NCBI GenBank assembly: GCA_964524405.1
Contig: CAZGDC010000001.1
Location: 1-49,809 of the forward strand
From: an uncultured Roseivirgaceae bacterium
GTDB taxonomy: Bacteria; Bacteroidota; Bacteroidia; Cytophagales; Cyclobacteriaceae
Length of the DNA: 49,809 nucleotides
Reading direction: 5' to 3'
Part shown: in pieces, positions 9,645 through 19,341 of the stretch
Layout of the letters: each line of letters starts with the position of its first letter
Numbering within the stretch: position 1 is the stretch's first letter
The notes under the pieces: generated by a model
The model's input: only the letters and a program-made list of their open reading frames with translations
Database searches by the model: none
What the model was told of the DNA's origin: nothing
Position numbers and translations under genes: made by a program

Positions 9645-9875
9645 ATGGGAAGACCCTCAACAAAGCCAAAAAAATTAAAGGATGGATTTTATATTGAAGT
9701 CCGCAACAAAGGAGCCAAATCTGGTTTAAAGATTAGAAGGGAAACAGAAGCTCAAATGCTTTTTGCTAAAAAAAGCTATGATAAAACCAAGGATGTTATC
9801 GTTATAGGCGAAGTTAAAAATGGAAAGCCTATTAAAAAGGATAAGAAAAGTGCTGTAAAACAAAAAATAGCATAA
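9645..9875 (+). CDS. Small lysine-rich basic protein, function unknown
   Basis: 76-aa ORF about 25% Lys/Arg, followed about 100 nt downstream by a strong terminator. No recognisable domain. Confidence 0.6.
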   Translation: MGRPSTKPKKLKDGFYIEVRNKGAKSGLKIRRETEAQMLFAKKSYDKTKDVIVIGEVKNGKPIKKDKKSAVKQKIA

Positions 9876-9972
9876 CACCTAAAATTCATCCCATAGGTAC
9901 GAGATAGCGGTATTTTTATCCCTACTCAACTTATGGAGATTGTCTGTTTTCGAAATGGACTCGTAGCATAAT

Positions 9973-10005
9973 AAAAAAGGTCTGCTAATTAGCAGGCCTT
10001 TTTTA
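9973..10005. terminator. Bidirectional rho-independent terminator between convergent genes
   Basis: aaaaaaGGTCTGCTaattAGCAGGCCtttttt: a GC-rich stem with an A-run upstream and a T-run downstream. Confidence 0.75.
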
Positions 10006-10557
10006 TTACTTAATCTTATTAGCAAACACTTGTTTTAGTTTTTCCAATTTAGGTTTAATAACAAACTGACAATACCCTTGGTTCGAGTTAAGGCTATAAT
10101 AATTTTGATGATAGTCCTCTGCTGGGTAATAGTCCGTAGCCTCAGAAATTTCTGTAACTATTAATTTTTTATAGGCTCCAGCATCATTCAATTTATTTTT
10201 ATAACTCTGTGCTAATTGTTCTTGCTCTTTAGTTAAATAAAAAACTACGGAACGATATTGCGTACCTTTATCTGCTCCTTGCTGGTTGAGTGTAGTTGGG
10301 TCATGTGTTTTCCAAAACACCTCTAGTAAATCCTTAAAAGTAATAATCGTTGGATCAAAGTTAATTTTAGCTACTTCTGCATGCCCAGTAGAGCCCGTGC
10401 ATATTTGTTCATAGGTAGGGTTTATAATATTTCCACCCATGTAGCCAGATTCAACAGAGATAACGCCTTTCAATTCTTGAAAAACAGCTTCTATACACCA
10501 AAAACAACCTGCTCCCAAAATGGCAGTTTCTCCAAGTGCTGTATTTTTAATTATCAT
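10006..10557 (-). CDS. msrA: Peptide-methionine (S)-S-oxide reductase
   Basis: GAGCFWC active-site motif and GHAEV.....DP, 183 aa. Confidence 0.95.
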   Translation of the reverse strand: MIIKNTALGETAILGAGCFWCIEAVFQELKGVISVESGYMGGNIINPTYEQICTGSTGHAEVAKINFDPTIITFKDLLEVFWKTHDPTTLNQQGADKGTQYRSVVFYLTKEQEQLAQSYKNKLNDAGAYKKLIVTEISEATDYYPAEDYHQNYYSLNSNQGYCQFVIKPKLEKLKQVFANKIK

Positions 10558-10585
10558 TTAAAGAGTCTAAAATTCAGCCGTTAAA

Positions 10586-11245
10586 CTAAGCTAATTCCGC
10601 TAAAATGGTTCTCCCTCCTTTTGTTTTAGTGCCGTGGTGCACTAAAACAGTGGAATCTAAAGGTAAAAATACATCTACTCTGGAGCCAAATTTAATAAAG
10701 CCATACTCATGACCTTGCTTCACTTCGCTTCCTTCGTTTACATACCACTTAATTCTACGTGCCATAGCGCCTGCAATTTGCCTTACTAATACATCAATTC
10801 CATTTTCAGAACGTAACACCATTGTTGTGCGCTCATTATCTGTAGAAGATTTCGGATGCCAAGCTACTAAATTTTTGCCAGGATGGTATTTAAAATATTT
10901 AACAAAGCCTGAAAGAGGAGCTCTATTTACGTGTACATTGGTTGGCGACATAAAAATGGAAATTTGAATCCTTTCATCATTAAAAAATTCATTCTCTACT
11001 GTTTTTTCAATTACAACAACTTTTCCATCAGCTGGTGCTAGTATATGTTTCCCATTATTAGAAATTACAATATGTGGATTTCTAAAAAATTGGAGAATAA
11101 CTAAATAAAAAACTATAGATATTATAATACTTAAATTAATCAACTGCTCCGATGGCTTTATCGCATAAGCAACAACAAAATTAAATATAACCAAAAGCAA
11201 TAACAGAACACTTAATAGTTTCCTTCCTTCCTTATGGATTCTCAT
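10586..11245 (-). CDS. psd: Phosphatidylserine decarboxylase proenzyme (short membrane-anchored type)
   Basis: N-terminal TM helices and the GFIKFGSRVDVFLP self-cleavage (GS) motif. The ORF track begins at TTG 11287; the first ATG (MRIHKEGRK) is at 11245. Confidence 0.88.
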   Translation of the reverse strand: MRIHKEGRKLLSVLLLLLVIFNFVVAYAIKPSEQLINLSIIISIVFYLVILQFFRNPHIVISNNGKHILAPADGKVVVIEKTVENEFFNDERIQISIFMSPTNVHVNRAPLSGFVKYFKYHPGKNLVAWHPKSSTDNERTTMVLRSENGIDVLVRQIAGAMARRIKWYVNEGSEVKQGHEYGFIKFGSRVDVFLPLDSTVLVHHGTKTKGGRTILAELA

Positions 11246-11363
11246 TTTTAAAATCTTAATATTTGATAGCTTTTTCAATAGTGGCAAGAATGATGAAGTG
11301 TAAAAGTACGCATTCTAAATTCAATTAAGTGCCAATTAAGTGCCGCAAATGATTATAGGGCTT

Positions 11364-12191
11364 CTAAATCAGAATAATATATACAGCTACAAAGGGGCTT
11401 GCAAGCAATAATCCATCAAATCTATCGAGGAATCCTCCATGGCCAGGGATGGAAGTTCCAGAGTCTTTAATGGCAATACTTCGTTTAAATAAAGATTCAA
11501 CCAAATCGCCATAAATGCCCCCAATAACAATCAGGCCTGCAGCAACAAACCACTGCATTAGTGTTAAATCTTTAAAAAATATGGAGAAACCATAAGCAAA
11601 TGCAAAAGCTAAAAAAGCACCTCCAATGCTACCTTCCCAAGTTTTTTTAGGAGAAATTCGTTCAAACAATTTCTTTTTTCCAAATAAAATGCCAGAAAAA
11701 TAAGCCCCTGTATCGCTTGCCCACAAAATAAAGAGCATCCCAATAATTACTTGAAATTTATATGCCCCTGCATCAAATGCAATTACACTTAATAATGAAA
11801 AAGGTATTGTAACATATATAATCCCTAAAAAAGTATAGGCTACCTGTGTAAATGGCTTATCCTCTCTTTTATACAGTTTTATTAAAAATACTGAAGCAAA
11901 TAGCGGAAAAATGAGCATCATAAATTTAGGAAGTAAAAGGCCAGCTTGTACCAAAAAAACCAAGCTAAATACGCAGGCACCAATAAACGAACCCCAAATT
12001 TTTAAAGGAGCCATATCATCCAAAATAGCAAGTTTGTAAAACTCCCAAAGGGTTAAAAAACTGATACTTAAAAAAACTATGAAATAACCCCACATGCCCC
12101 AATAAACCCCTCCAATTATAGCAATGGCGCCTACCAAAGCTGTAACCATCCGTTGGCCAAGAGCGTTAAACTTCTTCGAATTTGATGTCAT
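11364..12191 (-). CDS. cdsA: Phosphatidate cytidylyltransferase
   Basis: Polytopic membrane protein with the CTP_transf_1 signature (SLFKRSIAIKDSGTSIPGHGGFLDRFD). The start may be internal (Met15 at 12149), which would remove the 26-nt overlap. Confidence 0.9.
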   Translation of the reverse strand: MTSNSKKFNALGQRMVTALVGAIAIIGGVYWGMWGYFIVFLSISFLTLWEFYKLAILDDMAPLKIWGSFIGACVFSLVFLVQAGLLLPKFMMLIFPLFASVFLIKLYKREDKPFTQVAYTFLGIIYVTIPFSLLSVIAFDAGAYKFQVIIGMLFILWASDTGAYFSGILFGKKKLFERISPKKTWEGSIGGAFLAFAFAYGFSIFFKDLTLMQWFVAAGLIVIGGIYGDLVESLFKRSIAIKDSGTSIPGHGGFLDRFDGLLLASPFVAVYIILI

Positions 12192-12381
12192 CTTCTATAA
12201 TTTTCAATGCGTTTAAAACTTTTTCGGCTTCTACGTGTACTTCTAACTGACCAAAAATATAATACGCAGAGTCTTTTCTATCCATTATAATAGCCTTTAT
12301 ACCATTTTGTTCCAAAATATCTTTCACTATTTCCGTTCGATATGGTTGTTTGGATTCATATACCTTAGACCAGTTACCCAT
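12166..12381 (-). CDS. DUF2007-like small protein (putative signal-transducing fold)
   Basis: 71-aa soluble ORF resembling the DUF2007 family. Its start overlaps the CPBP gene's 3' end by 8 nt and its 3' end overlaps the cdsA start by 26 nt. Confidence 0.65.
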   Translation of the reverse strand: MGNWSKVYESKQPYRTEIVKDILEQNGIKAIIMDRKDSAYYIFGQLEVHVEAEKVLNALKIIEDDIKFEEV

Positions 12382-13309
12382 GAATTACTTCTTTTCTAGT
12401 TTTCTTCTCAAAAGCATATAACAATAATAGGAGAACAACACTAGAAATTAAAACTTGGTACCAAAGGATTGTATTAGTTGACTCAATATCATAATCAATT
12501 TTTCCTAATTGATGCAAATAAACCACAACAACTGCAATGCCATTATTAAAAAAATGTGCAATCATAGCATAAGAAAGTTTTCCAGAAAAATAATATAAGT
12601 ATCCAAATAAAGCCCCAAGCATCATTCTAGGAAATAACCCATAAAACTGCAAATGAATAGCCCCAAAAATAAAAGCAGCAATCCAAATAGCCGCATGAAT
12701 ATTATTGGTAATTCTAAATAAATGATTTTGAACCAGCCCTCTAAAAACAAGCTCTTCGCCAATGGCGGGTATAACAGCAATTACTACAACCCCTAAAATA
12801 AACTCGCCAAACGAATCGAACTCAATTAAGAATTCTGTAATCACTTTCATATTTTCCTCCATCAATTGCAGAGCAGATTCTAATCCAGATAGCGAAGCTG
12901 GAAGCTTGATGTTTTGATTCCACTCGCCTATGGGCGAATTAACCACCATAAAAAAAATGGTTATTAAGAAAGTAAAAGCAATAGGCTGCAGACTAACCTT
13001 TGTTTGCCCAAAATTAAAAGGGATTTTAAAAATCACCTTATATATCAACCAAGGCACTAATATCATCCCAAATGCGGAGCCAACTCCTTGTGTTATCATT
13101 AATGGCACTTTTATGCTAGGGTTACTTACTGGGTTAGCCAATGCAGTAAAAAAATGGGTGATGGTGCCATCGTAAAAAGGCAAGGAGACAATAGCTCCTA
13201 TAAATACGCCCACCAATTGAAACCCCAATAAGCTGCCGATTAAAGAAATAATAAGTAGTTTCCACGGGCCAATATGAGAAGCAAAAGGAGTAGTAGCAGG
13301 ATTATTCAT
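12374..13309 (-). CDS. CPBP-family (CAAX/Abi) intramembrane glutamic protease
   Basis: EELVFRG, FGAIH and HFFNN motifs in a polytopic membrane protein. Met21 (13309) is preferred because the longer ORF (to 13369) would run through the dusB promoter box. Confidence 0.82.
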   Translation of the reverse strand: MNNPATTPFASHIGPWKLLIISLIGSLLGFQLVGVFIGAIVSLPFYDGTITHFFTALANPVSNPSIKVPLMITQGVGSAFGMILVPWLIYKVIFKIPFNFGQTKVSLQPIAFTFLITIFFMVVNSPIGEWNQNIKLPASLSGLESALQLMEENMKVITEFLIEFDSFGEFILGVVVIAVIPAIGEELVFRGLVQNHLFRITNNIHAAIWIAAFIFGAIHLQFYGLFPRMMLGALFGYLYYFSGKLSYAMIAHFFNNGIAVVVVYLHQLGKIDYDIESTNTILWYQVLISSVVLLLLLYAFEKKTRKEVIHG

Positions 13310-13358
13310 TGCGCATGTTTGGTGCAAAAATAAGCGGATTATTGATTTATAAAAGATA

Positions 13359-13366
13359 TAACTTTG
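13359..13366 (+). promoter_or_regulatory. Bacteroidota -7 promoter box TAACTTTG (dusB)
   Basis: Exact TAnnTTTG match 23 nt upstream of ATG 13390. Confidence 0.4.
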
Positions 13367-13389
13367 CATACAATTGCAAAAATGTATTT

Positions 13390-14385
13390 ATGGTTAAAAT
13401 TGACAATCTCAGCATTGGAGAGTTTCCACTCCTATTAGCTCCTATGGAAGACGTAAGCGACCCGCCATTTAGGGCCGTTTGCAAAGAAAATGGGGCTGAT
13501 TTAATGTACACAGAGTTTATTTCTGCCGAAGGCCTTATAAGAGATGCCTTTAAAAGTGTGCAAAAATTAGATGTGTATGATTACGAACGACCGATTGGCA
13601 TTCAAATATTTGGTAGCAATATCGATTCGATGCGACTGGCAGCCGCTCGTGCAGAAGAAGCCCAACCCGAATTAATAGATATTAATTACGGATGCCCCGT
13701 AAAAAAAGTTGCCCTTAAAGGTGCAGGGGCTGGCATTTTAAAAGATATACCTAAAATGCACGAAATGACAGCCGAAATTGTAAAGCAAGTAGCCCTGCCC
13801 GTTACTGTTAAAACCCGGCTCGGCTGGGATGATAATTCCATTGAAATAATTGAAGTAGCCAAACGATTGCAAGAAGCAGGCATTAAAGCACTTACTATTC
13901 ATGGGCGTACCCGCCAACAGATGTATAAGGGCGAGGCGGATTGGAGCTTAATTGCAGCTGTAAAAAACGATCCTGAAATTGAGATCCCTATTTTTGGAAA
14001 TGGCGATATTAACTCCCCAGAAAAAGCACTTGAATACAAAAACAAATATAAAGTAGATGGTATAATGATAGGAAGAGCAGCCATCGGTAACCCGTGGATT
14101 TTTAACCAGGTTAAGCATTATATGGCAACAGGTACGCACCTAGCAAAGCCTACCATAAAAGAACGTGTAGAGGTGGTAAAAAAACATCTTAAATTCTCCA
14201 TTGAATGGAAACAAGGGAAAACGGGTATTTTTGAGATGCGAAGACATTACACAAATTATTTTAAAGGAATACCTAATTTTAAACCCTTTAGAACCCAGCT
14301 AGTAGAGTTAGAAGATGAGCAAGATATTATGGAACTTTTAGACACCATTTCGGATCAATTTAGTGAAAGCTCAATAAGCGTATGA
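13390..14385 (+). CDS. dusB: tRNA-dihydrouridine synthase
   Basis: LLAPMEDVSDPPFR, INYGCPVKKV and TIHGRTRQQMYKG motifs. Start placed at MVKIDNLS, whereas the ORF track begins upstream at 13309. Confidence 0.92.
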   Translation: MVKIDNLSIGEFPLLLAPMEDVSDPPFRAVCKENGADLMYTEFISAEGLIRDAFKSVQKLDVYDYERPIGIQIFGSNIDSMRLAAARAEEAQPELIDINYGCPVKKVALKGAGAGILKDIPKMHEMTAEIVKQVALPVTVKTRLGWDDNSIEIIEVAKRLQEAGIKALTIHGRTRQQMYKGEADWSLIAAVKNDPEIEIPIFGNGDINSPEKALEYKNKYKVDGIMIGRAAIGNPWIFNQVKHYMATGTHLAKPTIKERVEVVKKHLKFSIEWKQGKTGIFEMRRHYTNYFKGIPNFKPFRTQLVELEDEQDIMELLDTISDQFSESSISV

Positions 14386-15272
14386 CCCGATCCAAAAACC
14401 AACAAAAATCGTTGGCGTGGATTCTGTTGGCTGTATTAACACTTATTTGGGGCACTTCTTTTATACTTATTAAAAGAAGCCTCCAGTCGTTTGATGCCGC
14501 TGAAGTTGGTGCTTTACGCATGTTAACAGCAGGCTTAGTATTACTACCCCTTGCTTTTAAAAACTATAAGAACGTAAAGGGTAAAAATTGGGGTTTATTA
14601 TTTGTAGTTGGATTTTTAGGTAGTTTTATTCCAGCCTTTTTATTTGCAAAAGCAGAAACCAATTTAGATAGTTCATTGGCAGGTGTATTAAATGCACTAA
14701 CACCTATTTTTGTTTTAATTGTGGGAGCCTTATTTTTTTATCAAAAATTTACTAAACCACAAGTTGCTGGCGTTATCATAGGGTTTTTAGGAACACTGTT
14801 TCTGGTATTAGCAGGATCGCAAGAAGCCAATACTACCCATAACTTTTACGCTTTATTAGTAGTATTGGCTACTCTTTTTTATGGCCTTAATGCCAATGTT
14901 ATAAAATTTAAGGTTAAAGGGCTTAATGCCTTAACTATTACCAGTATCTCTTTAGGAATGACAATCCCCATTTCTTTGCTTTTTTTGCTCTTTTTTACAG
15001 ACGTTACTACACAAATAATAGAACAACCCGAAGCACGAATTTCGTTATTATATGTGTCAATTTTAGGAGTAATGAGCACGGCCATTGCCATGGCCTTATT
15101 TAATAAACTTATTCAAATAGCAACGCCCATTTTTGCTAGTTCTGTTACTTACTTAATACCTATTATTGCTGTTATTTGGGGCTTATGGGATGGCGAAATT
15201 TTGTTAATTGGACATTTTATAGGTATGTTTGGCATATTAACTGGAGTTTATATAGCAAATCGCAAAAAGTAA
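14382..15272 (+). CDS. EamA/DMT-family transporter
   Basis: 296 aa, about 10 TM helices in a two-repeat architecture, ATGA overlap with dusB. Confidence 0.85.
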   Translation: MTRSKNQQKSLAWILLAVLTLIWGTSFILIKRSLQSFDAAEVGALRMLTAGLVLLPLAFKNYKNVKGKNWGLLFVVGFLGSFIPAFLFAKAETNLDSSLAGVLNALTPIFVLIVGALFFYQKFTKPQVAGVIIGFLGTLFLVLAGSQEANTTHNFYALLVVLATLFYGLNANVIKFKVKGLNALTITSISLGMTIPISLLFLLFFTDVTTQIIEQPEARISLLYVSILGVMSTAIAMALFNKLIQIATPIFASSVTYLIPIIAVIWGLWDGEILLIGHFIGMFGILTGVYIANRKK

Positions 15273-15346
15273 CTCACCCCATCTATCTATCTATACTATT
15301 TAGTATTTTAAGCAAATAGTAAGAGTTATGTATTATTAAAAACTAG

Positions 15347-16606
15347 ATGATGTTGACTAAGCTTATAGGGATTGGGATGAATCAATCGCTAGATTTTGAA
15401 GACTCAATAAAAGTAAAACTACTCAATGTAGTTTCCTTTTTATTTGTAATTTTCTCTTGTGTTTTTATTGTAAAGCATCTATTCTTTACAGGAGTATATA
15501 ACGTTGCAATAATTCATTTGATTGTGCTACTCGTAATTCCTTTCGTTTACCTTCTTCAGCACAAACACAAATATACAGCTGCAAAAATCATTTTTTTTTT
15601 ACTTTTACACGCTGTTATTTTTATCCCTTCTATGTTTTTACTTATTGGTAAAGGGGTTGAAAATTTTTATATTGTTAGCATTATTTTACTAATTATTCTT
15701 ATTAAAAACCAATTAGTAGCCTATTCTTTATTAGGACTAAATGCTTTTTTATATGTTTGTCCACAACTATTCTTTCATCCTTCCTCTACTCAAAACTATT
15801 CTTTTGTTACCTCATTTATGTTCATTACCTCCATCATACTTGCCGTTCATGTTTTTATCCTCATTCAAAATCAATTTAAAGAACAGTTAGAAATTCAAAA
15901 CAAACGACTCGAAAAGTTGAATATGGAAAAAAGTGATTTGATGAAAATTGTAGCCCACGATTTAAAAAACCCACTTACTCAAATAAAGGGATTGGTTTCG
16001 ATTTTAGAATTAAGCAATAAGCAATTGAACCAAGAACAAAAGCAAATTATTAGTAAAATAAAGGGTGTAACTGATACCCAACAAAAGCAAATAACGGGTT
16101 TTTTAGATGCCGGAAATTTTGAATTTGCTACTAAAGAAGTGGTGGTTCAAAAAGTAATTATAAAAAACATTATAGAAACTGTACTCGATGAGCTGCTTGC
16201 ACAAGCAATAGCAAAAGGAATAAAACTTACCTATGTTAAAAGCCAAAACAGAAGTTTAAGCATTATAGGGCAAGATATTTGGTTGTACAAAATCATTTCA
16301 AACCTTATTTCAAATGCTATAAAATTTTCACACTCTGGTACCGAAATTAAACTAGAAGTAAAAGCAACTGATAAGGATGTGCTCGTATCAGTTAAAGATC
16401 AAGGGCAAGGGATCTATCAAGAGGAAGTAAGCCTGCTATTTAAAAAAAACAAAAAACTGAGCACCATGCCAACGGCAAACGAAAGCTCTTCAGGACTTGG
16501 GCTTTTCATTGTTAAAAAATATGTAAACGAGTTTCAGGGTAAAGTATGGGTGAAAAGCGAAGAAAACGTTGGCAGCACTTTTTTTGTAAAACTACCTAGA
16601 AATTAG
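15347..16606 (+). CDS. Membrane sensor histidine kinase (orphan)
   Basis: About 6 N-terminal TM helices, an H-box (IVAHDLKNPL) and an HATPase_c domain (NLISNAIKFS ... GLGLFIVKKY). No response regulator is adjacent. Confidence 0.9.
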   Translation: MMLTKLIGIGMNQSLDFEDSIKVKLLNVVSFLFVIFSCVFIVKHLFFTGVYNVAIIHLIVLLVIPFVYLLQHKHKYTAAKIIFFLLLHAVIFIPSMFLLIGKGVENFYIVSIILLIILIKNQLVAYSLLGLNAFLYVCPQLFFHPSSTQNYSFVTSFMFITSIILAVHVFILIQNQFKEQLEIQNKRLEKLNMEKSDLMKIVAHDLKNPLTQIKGLVSILELSNKQLNQEQKQIISKIKGVTDTQQKQITGFLDAGNFEFATKEVVVQKVIIKNIIETVLDELLAQAIAKGIKLTYVKSQNRSLSIIGQDIWLYKIISNLISNAIKFSHSGTEIKLEVKATDKDVLVSVKDQGQGIYQEEVSLLFKKNKKLSTMPTANESSSGLGLFIVKKYVNEFQGKVWVKSEENVGSTFFVKLPRN

Positions 16607-16645
16607 GATTTCGATAAAAAAATATCTCCAGACTTAGGCGATATT

Positions 16646-17905
16646 TTATAATTCTCCTGCAGTAAAAGCGGCAGTCCAGTTGGCAAATACTTTTACATCA
16701 ACTCCAGCAGCACTGCTGTTAGAAGTGGTAGCCTCTTTCGCAGCCGTTTGGTCTGCGGCAGGCACTGATGAGCAATCGCTTGTTTTGGTGTAAACCTCCA
16801 CTTCAACAAAATAACTCATTACCAATATTAATGTGGGAGTAGCATCGGTTAAGTATGTAAAAGCATCGGCTTTTGCATCGGCACAACCATTTTGATACGA
16901 AGCTCTAATTTTAATTAACTCATTTCCTGCAGGGTATTCAAAGATAACATTATCAATGAGTCCTTGTGCTTTAGCTTTTAAATCTGCGGGGGTGCCTGGG
17001 TCAGCTCCTCCGAGCGATTTTATCGTTCCATTTTTTAGTGTAAATAACCCATTGGTATGGGTAATTCCTTCCGGCCCATCAATTTCTAACCCTTCATCTG
17101 TAGAGTTACCACCATGCTGCACCAAAAAATTAGTAACGGTTCCAGCATAGTTCATGTCTATATCAATACCATCATCTCCTTGGTGCGAAATAAGTAGGTT
17201 AGTTACATTTACAGTGCCGCCAAAAAATTCGATCCCATCATCAAACGTAGCATACACTTCAATATGGTTTATTATAGTACCACTGCCTACACCCCCTAAG
17301 GTAATGCCATTAATTTCATTGCCTTCGCCAATTAAAGCACCCCCGTGCCTTACCGATACATATAAGAGTGTTCCCGAATTATCGTCCGTAATATTGCCAC
17401 CATAAAGCCCAAAAGTATCACCTGCTGGTATTCCTTCTATTTGAGTTTCTGTATCTCCATTTTCAGCCGAAATTGGTGCTTTTCCTAAAATAATTAAGCC
17501 TCCCCATTTTTCAACATCTTCTTTGGTAAGGTTAGAACCCATAAGTTCGCCCACTTTAATGTTATCTTCTACAGAAGTAAAAATAATAGGCTTGGCAGCT
17601 GTTCCTTCTGCCATTAACTTGCCGCCTTTGGCTATAATAAGTGCCGTTGCTAAAGAGCCTAATCCGGTTCGGCCTTTAATAATTGCACCTGCTTCAATGG
17701 TTAGTGTAACACCGTCTTCAACTACTACTTTGTTTGCCAACTCCCATATTTTATCGGCAGTCCATGTTACATCAGTAGTAATAATGCCAGAAATTACTTC
17801 GTTTTCAGATTCTATCGGAGGAGCAGGCTCTACCGCATCTTTAGTACACGCTAAAAATGTTGCTAAAAAACCTGCAAACGCAAATAGTGTAAATAATTTT
17901 TTCAT
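16646..17905 (-). CDS. Lipoprotein with predicted parallel beta-helix repeats, function unknown
   Basis: Lipobox (FLATFLAC|TKD). Periodic Gly/Asp-rich rungs (DDGIEFFGG, DDGIDIDMNYAG, DEGLEIDGPEG) recur about every 22-26 aa. Confidence 0.72.
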   Translation of the reverse strand: MKKLFTLFAFAGFLATFLACTKDAVEPAPPIESENEVISGIITTDVTWTADKIWELANKVVVEDGVTLTIEAGAIIKGRTGLGSLATALIIAKGGKLMAEGTAAKPIIFTSVEDNIKVGELMGSNLTKEDVEKWGGLIILGKAPISAENGDTETQIEGIPAGDTFGLYGGNITDDNSGTLLYVSVRHGGALIGEGNEINGITLGGVGSGTIINHIEVYATFDDGIEFFGGTVNVTNLLISHQGDDGIDIDMNYAGTVTNFLVQHGGNSTDEGLEIDGPEGITHTNGLFTLKNGTIKSLGGADPGTPADLKAKAQGLIDNVIFEYPAGNELIKIRASYQNGCADAKADAFTYLTDATPTLILVMSYFVEVEVYTKTSDCSSVPAADQTAAKEATTSNSSAAGVDVKVFANWTAAFTAGEL

Positions 17906-18050
17906 TTCTTTGTTTCATTTTTAATTTCACTACAAAGATTTAGAATTGATGTTAACTAGGTTGTAGATTTGGATTACTATATTGTGAACTATTTAACCTT
18001 AATGTTATCCTATTGTAACCAAAAAATTTGAGAAACATCAAGATAAGAAC

Positions 18051-18722
18051 ATGACCCAAATAATTAGCAAGTACTTAGAAAAACACTCAAAAAAGCGATT
18101 TTATTATCTATTGACCTCAATCGCTTTATTTCTATTATTACCGCCTTTTACGTATCATTTTTTATTAGGCACAATTATTATCTATTTATCTGCCTCGTTT
18201 GTTGTTATTAGTTGTGTTGTCATTCTTTATGGAGATGGTAATAAGGTGCTAGCAGGCTCAGGAATCCTTTTAATATCATTAGCATTTACATGGTTTACCT
18301 TTAGCCAAAGGTTAAATAATATTGCATGGATTCCCGTATTAAAATCATCCGTTCTCCTAATTTTATTTGCGAGCACCGCTTTTAAAGTAATAAAAACAAT
18401 GTTTAGGCTAACAAAAGTAGATGCGCAAATTATTGCAGGCTCCATAGGAGCTTATCTTCTTTTTGGTTTGGCAGGCGCCATGTTATTTAATGTTGTAGAT
18501 TTAATATATCCAGCATCTTTTAATTTTAGCTTTAACTACGGAGGAGGATACGATTCGGTTTATTTTAGTTTTGTTACACTATCAACCTTAGGCTATGGCG
18601 ATATTTCACCTCATACCCCTCAAGGGCAAGCAGCGGTTATATTAGTTTCCATAATCGGCCAACTTTACCTAGCCATATTAATGGCAATGTTAGTTGGCAA
18701 ATTTCTCAAAGATTCTAACTAG
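18051..18722 (+). CDS. Potassium channel protein (Ion_trans_2 pore domain)
   Basis: K+ selectivity filter TLSTLGYGD between the last TM helices. No RCK domain is present. Confidence 0.85.
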   Translation: MTQIISKYLEKHSKKRFYYLLTSIALFLLLPPFTYHFLLGTIIIYLSASFVVISCVVILYGDGNKVLAGSGILLISLAFTWFTFSQRLNNIAWIPVLKSSVLLILFASTAFKVIKTMFRLTKVDAQIIAGSIGAYLLFGLAGAMLFNVVDLIYPASFNFSFNYGGGYDSVYFSFVTLSTLGYGDISPHTPQGQAAVILVSIIGQLYLAILMAMLVGKFLKDSN

Positions 18723-18724
18723 TA

Positions 18725-19324
18725 ATGCCAAGTAAACGATTTTATAACCTTAAACCTGTTAAGAAACGTACGTTTTTAAAAATGGCCTATAAAGAATTTG
18801 CCCTACACTCTTACCAAGGAGCTTCTATTACCAGGTTGGTGGGCAATTTAAAAATAGCGAAAGGCAGTTTTTATCAATACTTTATTGATAAGCAAGATTT
18901 ATATCAATATTTGATTAAACATGCAGAACACCAGCTTGAAGAACTATTAGCAAGAACATGCCCTTCTCCTTCCAAAAATGATTCATTTAACGATTGGCTT
19001 ACTAAAGCAATGCTTATTCAAGTTAAATTTTTATTAACCATACCAAGTTATACGCTCTTATTTATTAAATATAAAGCCGATTTTACTACCCCTGAATTAA
19101 TATCATTTATGTATAAAAAAATAGAGCTGGCAAGTGATAACTGTGGAAAAAATTTAAAAACAGCGTACAAATACCAATTGGTGCAACTTCCATTTCTACT
19201 ATTTAATTTCATTGTTTTTTCAGAAAAAATTAACCTTAATGAAATTATTAATTCCGATTCAAGCATAGAGGTAGCAACCGACAAATTACTTTATCTTTGC
19301 GAGGCTTTTTTACCAAAGCCCTAA
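18725..19324 (+). CDS. TetR/AcrR-family transcriptional regulator
   Basis: N-terminal HTH (ASITRLVGNLKIAKGSFYQYFIDKQDLY), 2-nt gap after the channel gene. Confidence 0.85.
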   Translation: MPSKRFYNLKPVKKRTFLKMAYKEFALHSYQGASITRLVGNLKIAKGSFYQYFIDKQDLYQYLIKHAEHQLEELLARTCPSPSKNDSFNDWLTKAMLIQVKFLLTIPSYTLLFIKYKADFTTPELISFMYKKIELASDNCGKNLKTAYKYQLVQLPFLLFNFIVFSEKINLNEIINSDSSIEVATDKLLYLCEAFLPKP

Positions 19325-19341
19325 CTATTAATTATACAATT

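Noticed and set aside
15281-15295. (CTAT)3 microsatellite between the EamA and histidine kinase genes.
   Set aside because: Three units in AT-rich DNA is too short to be meaningful.
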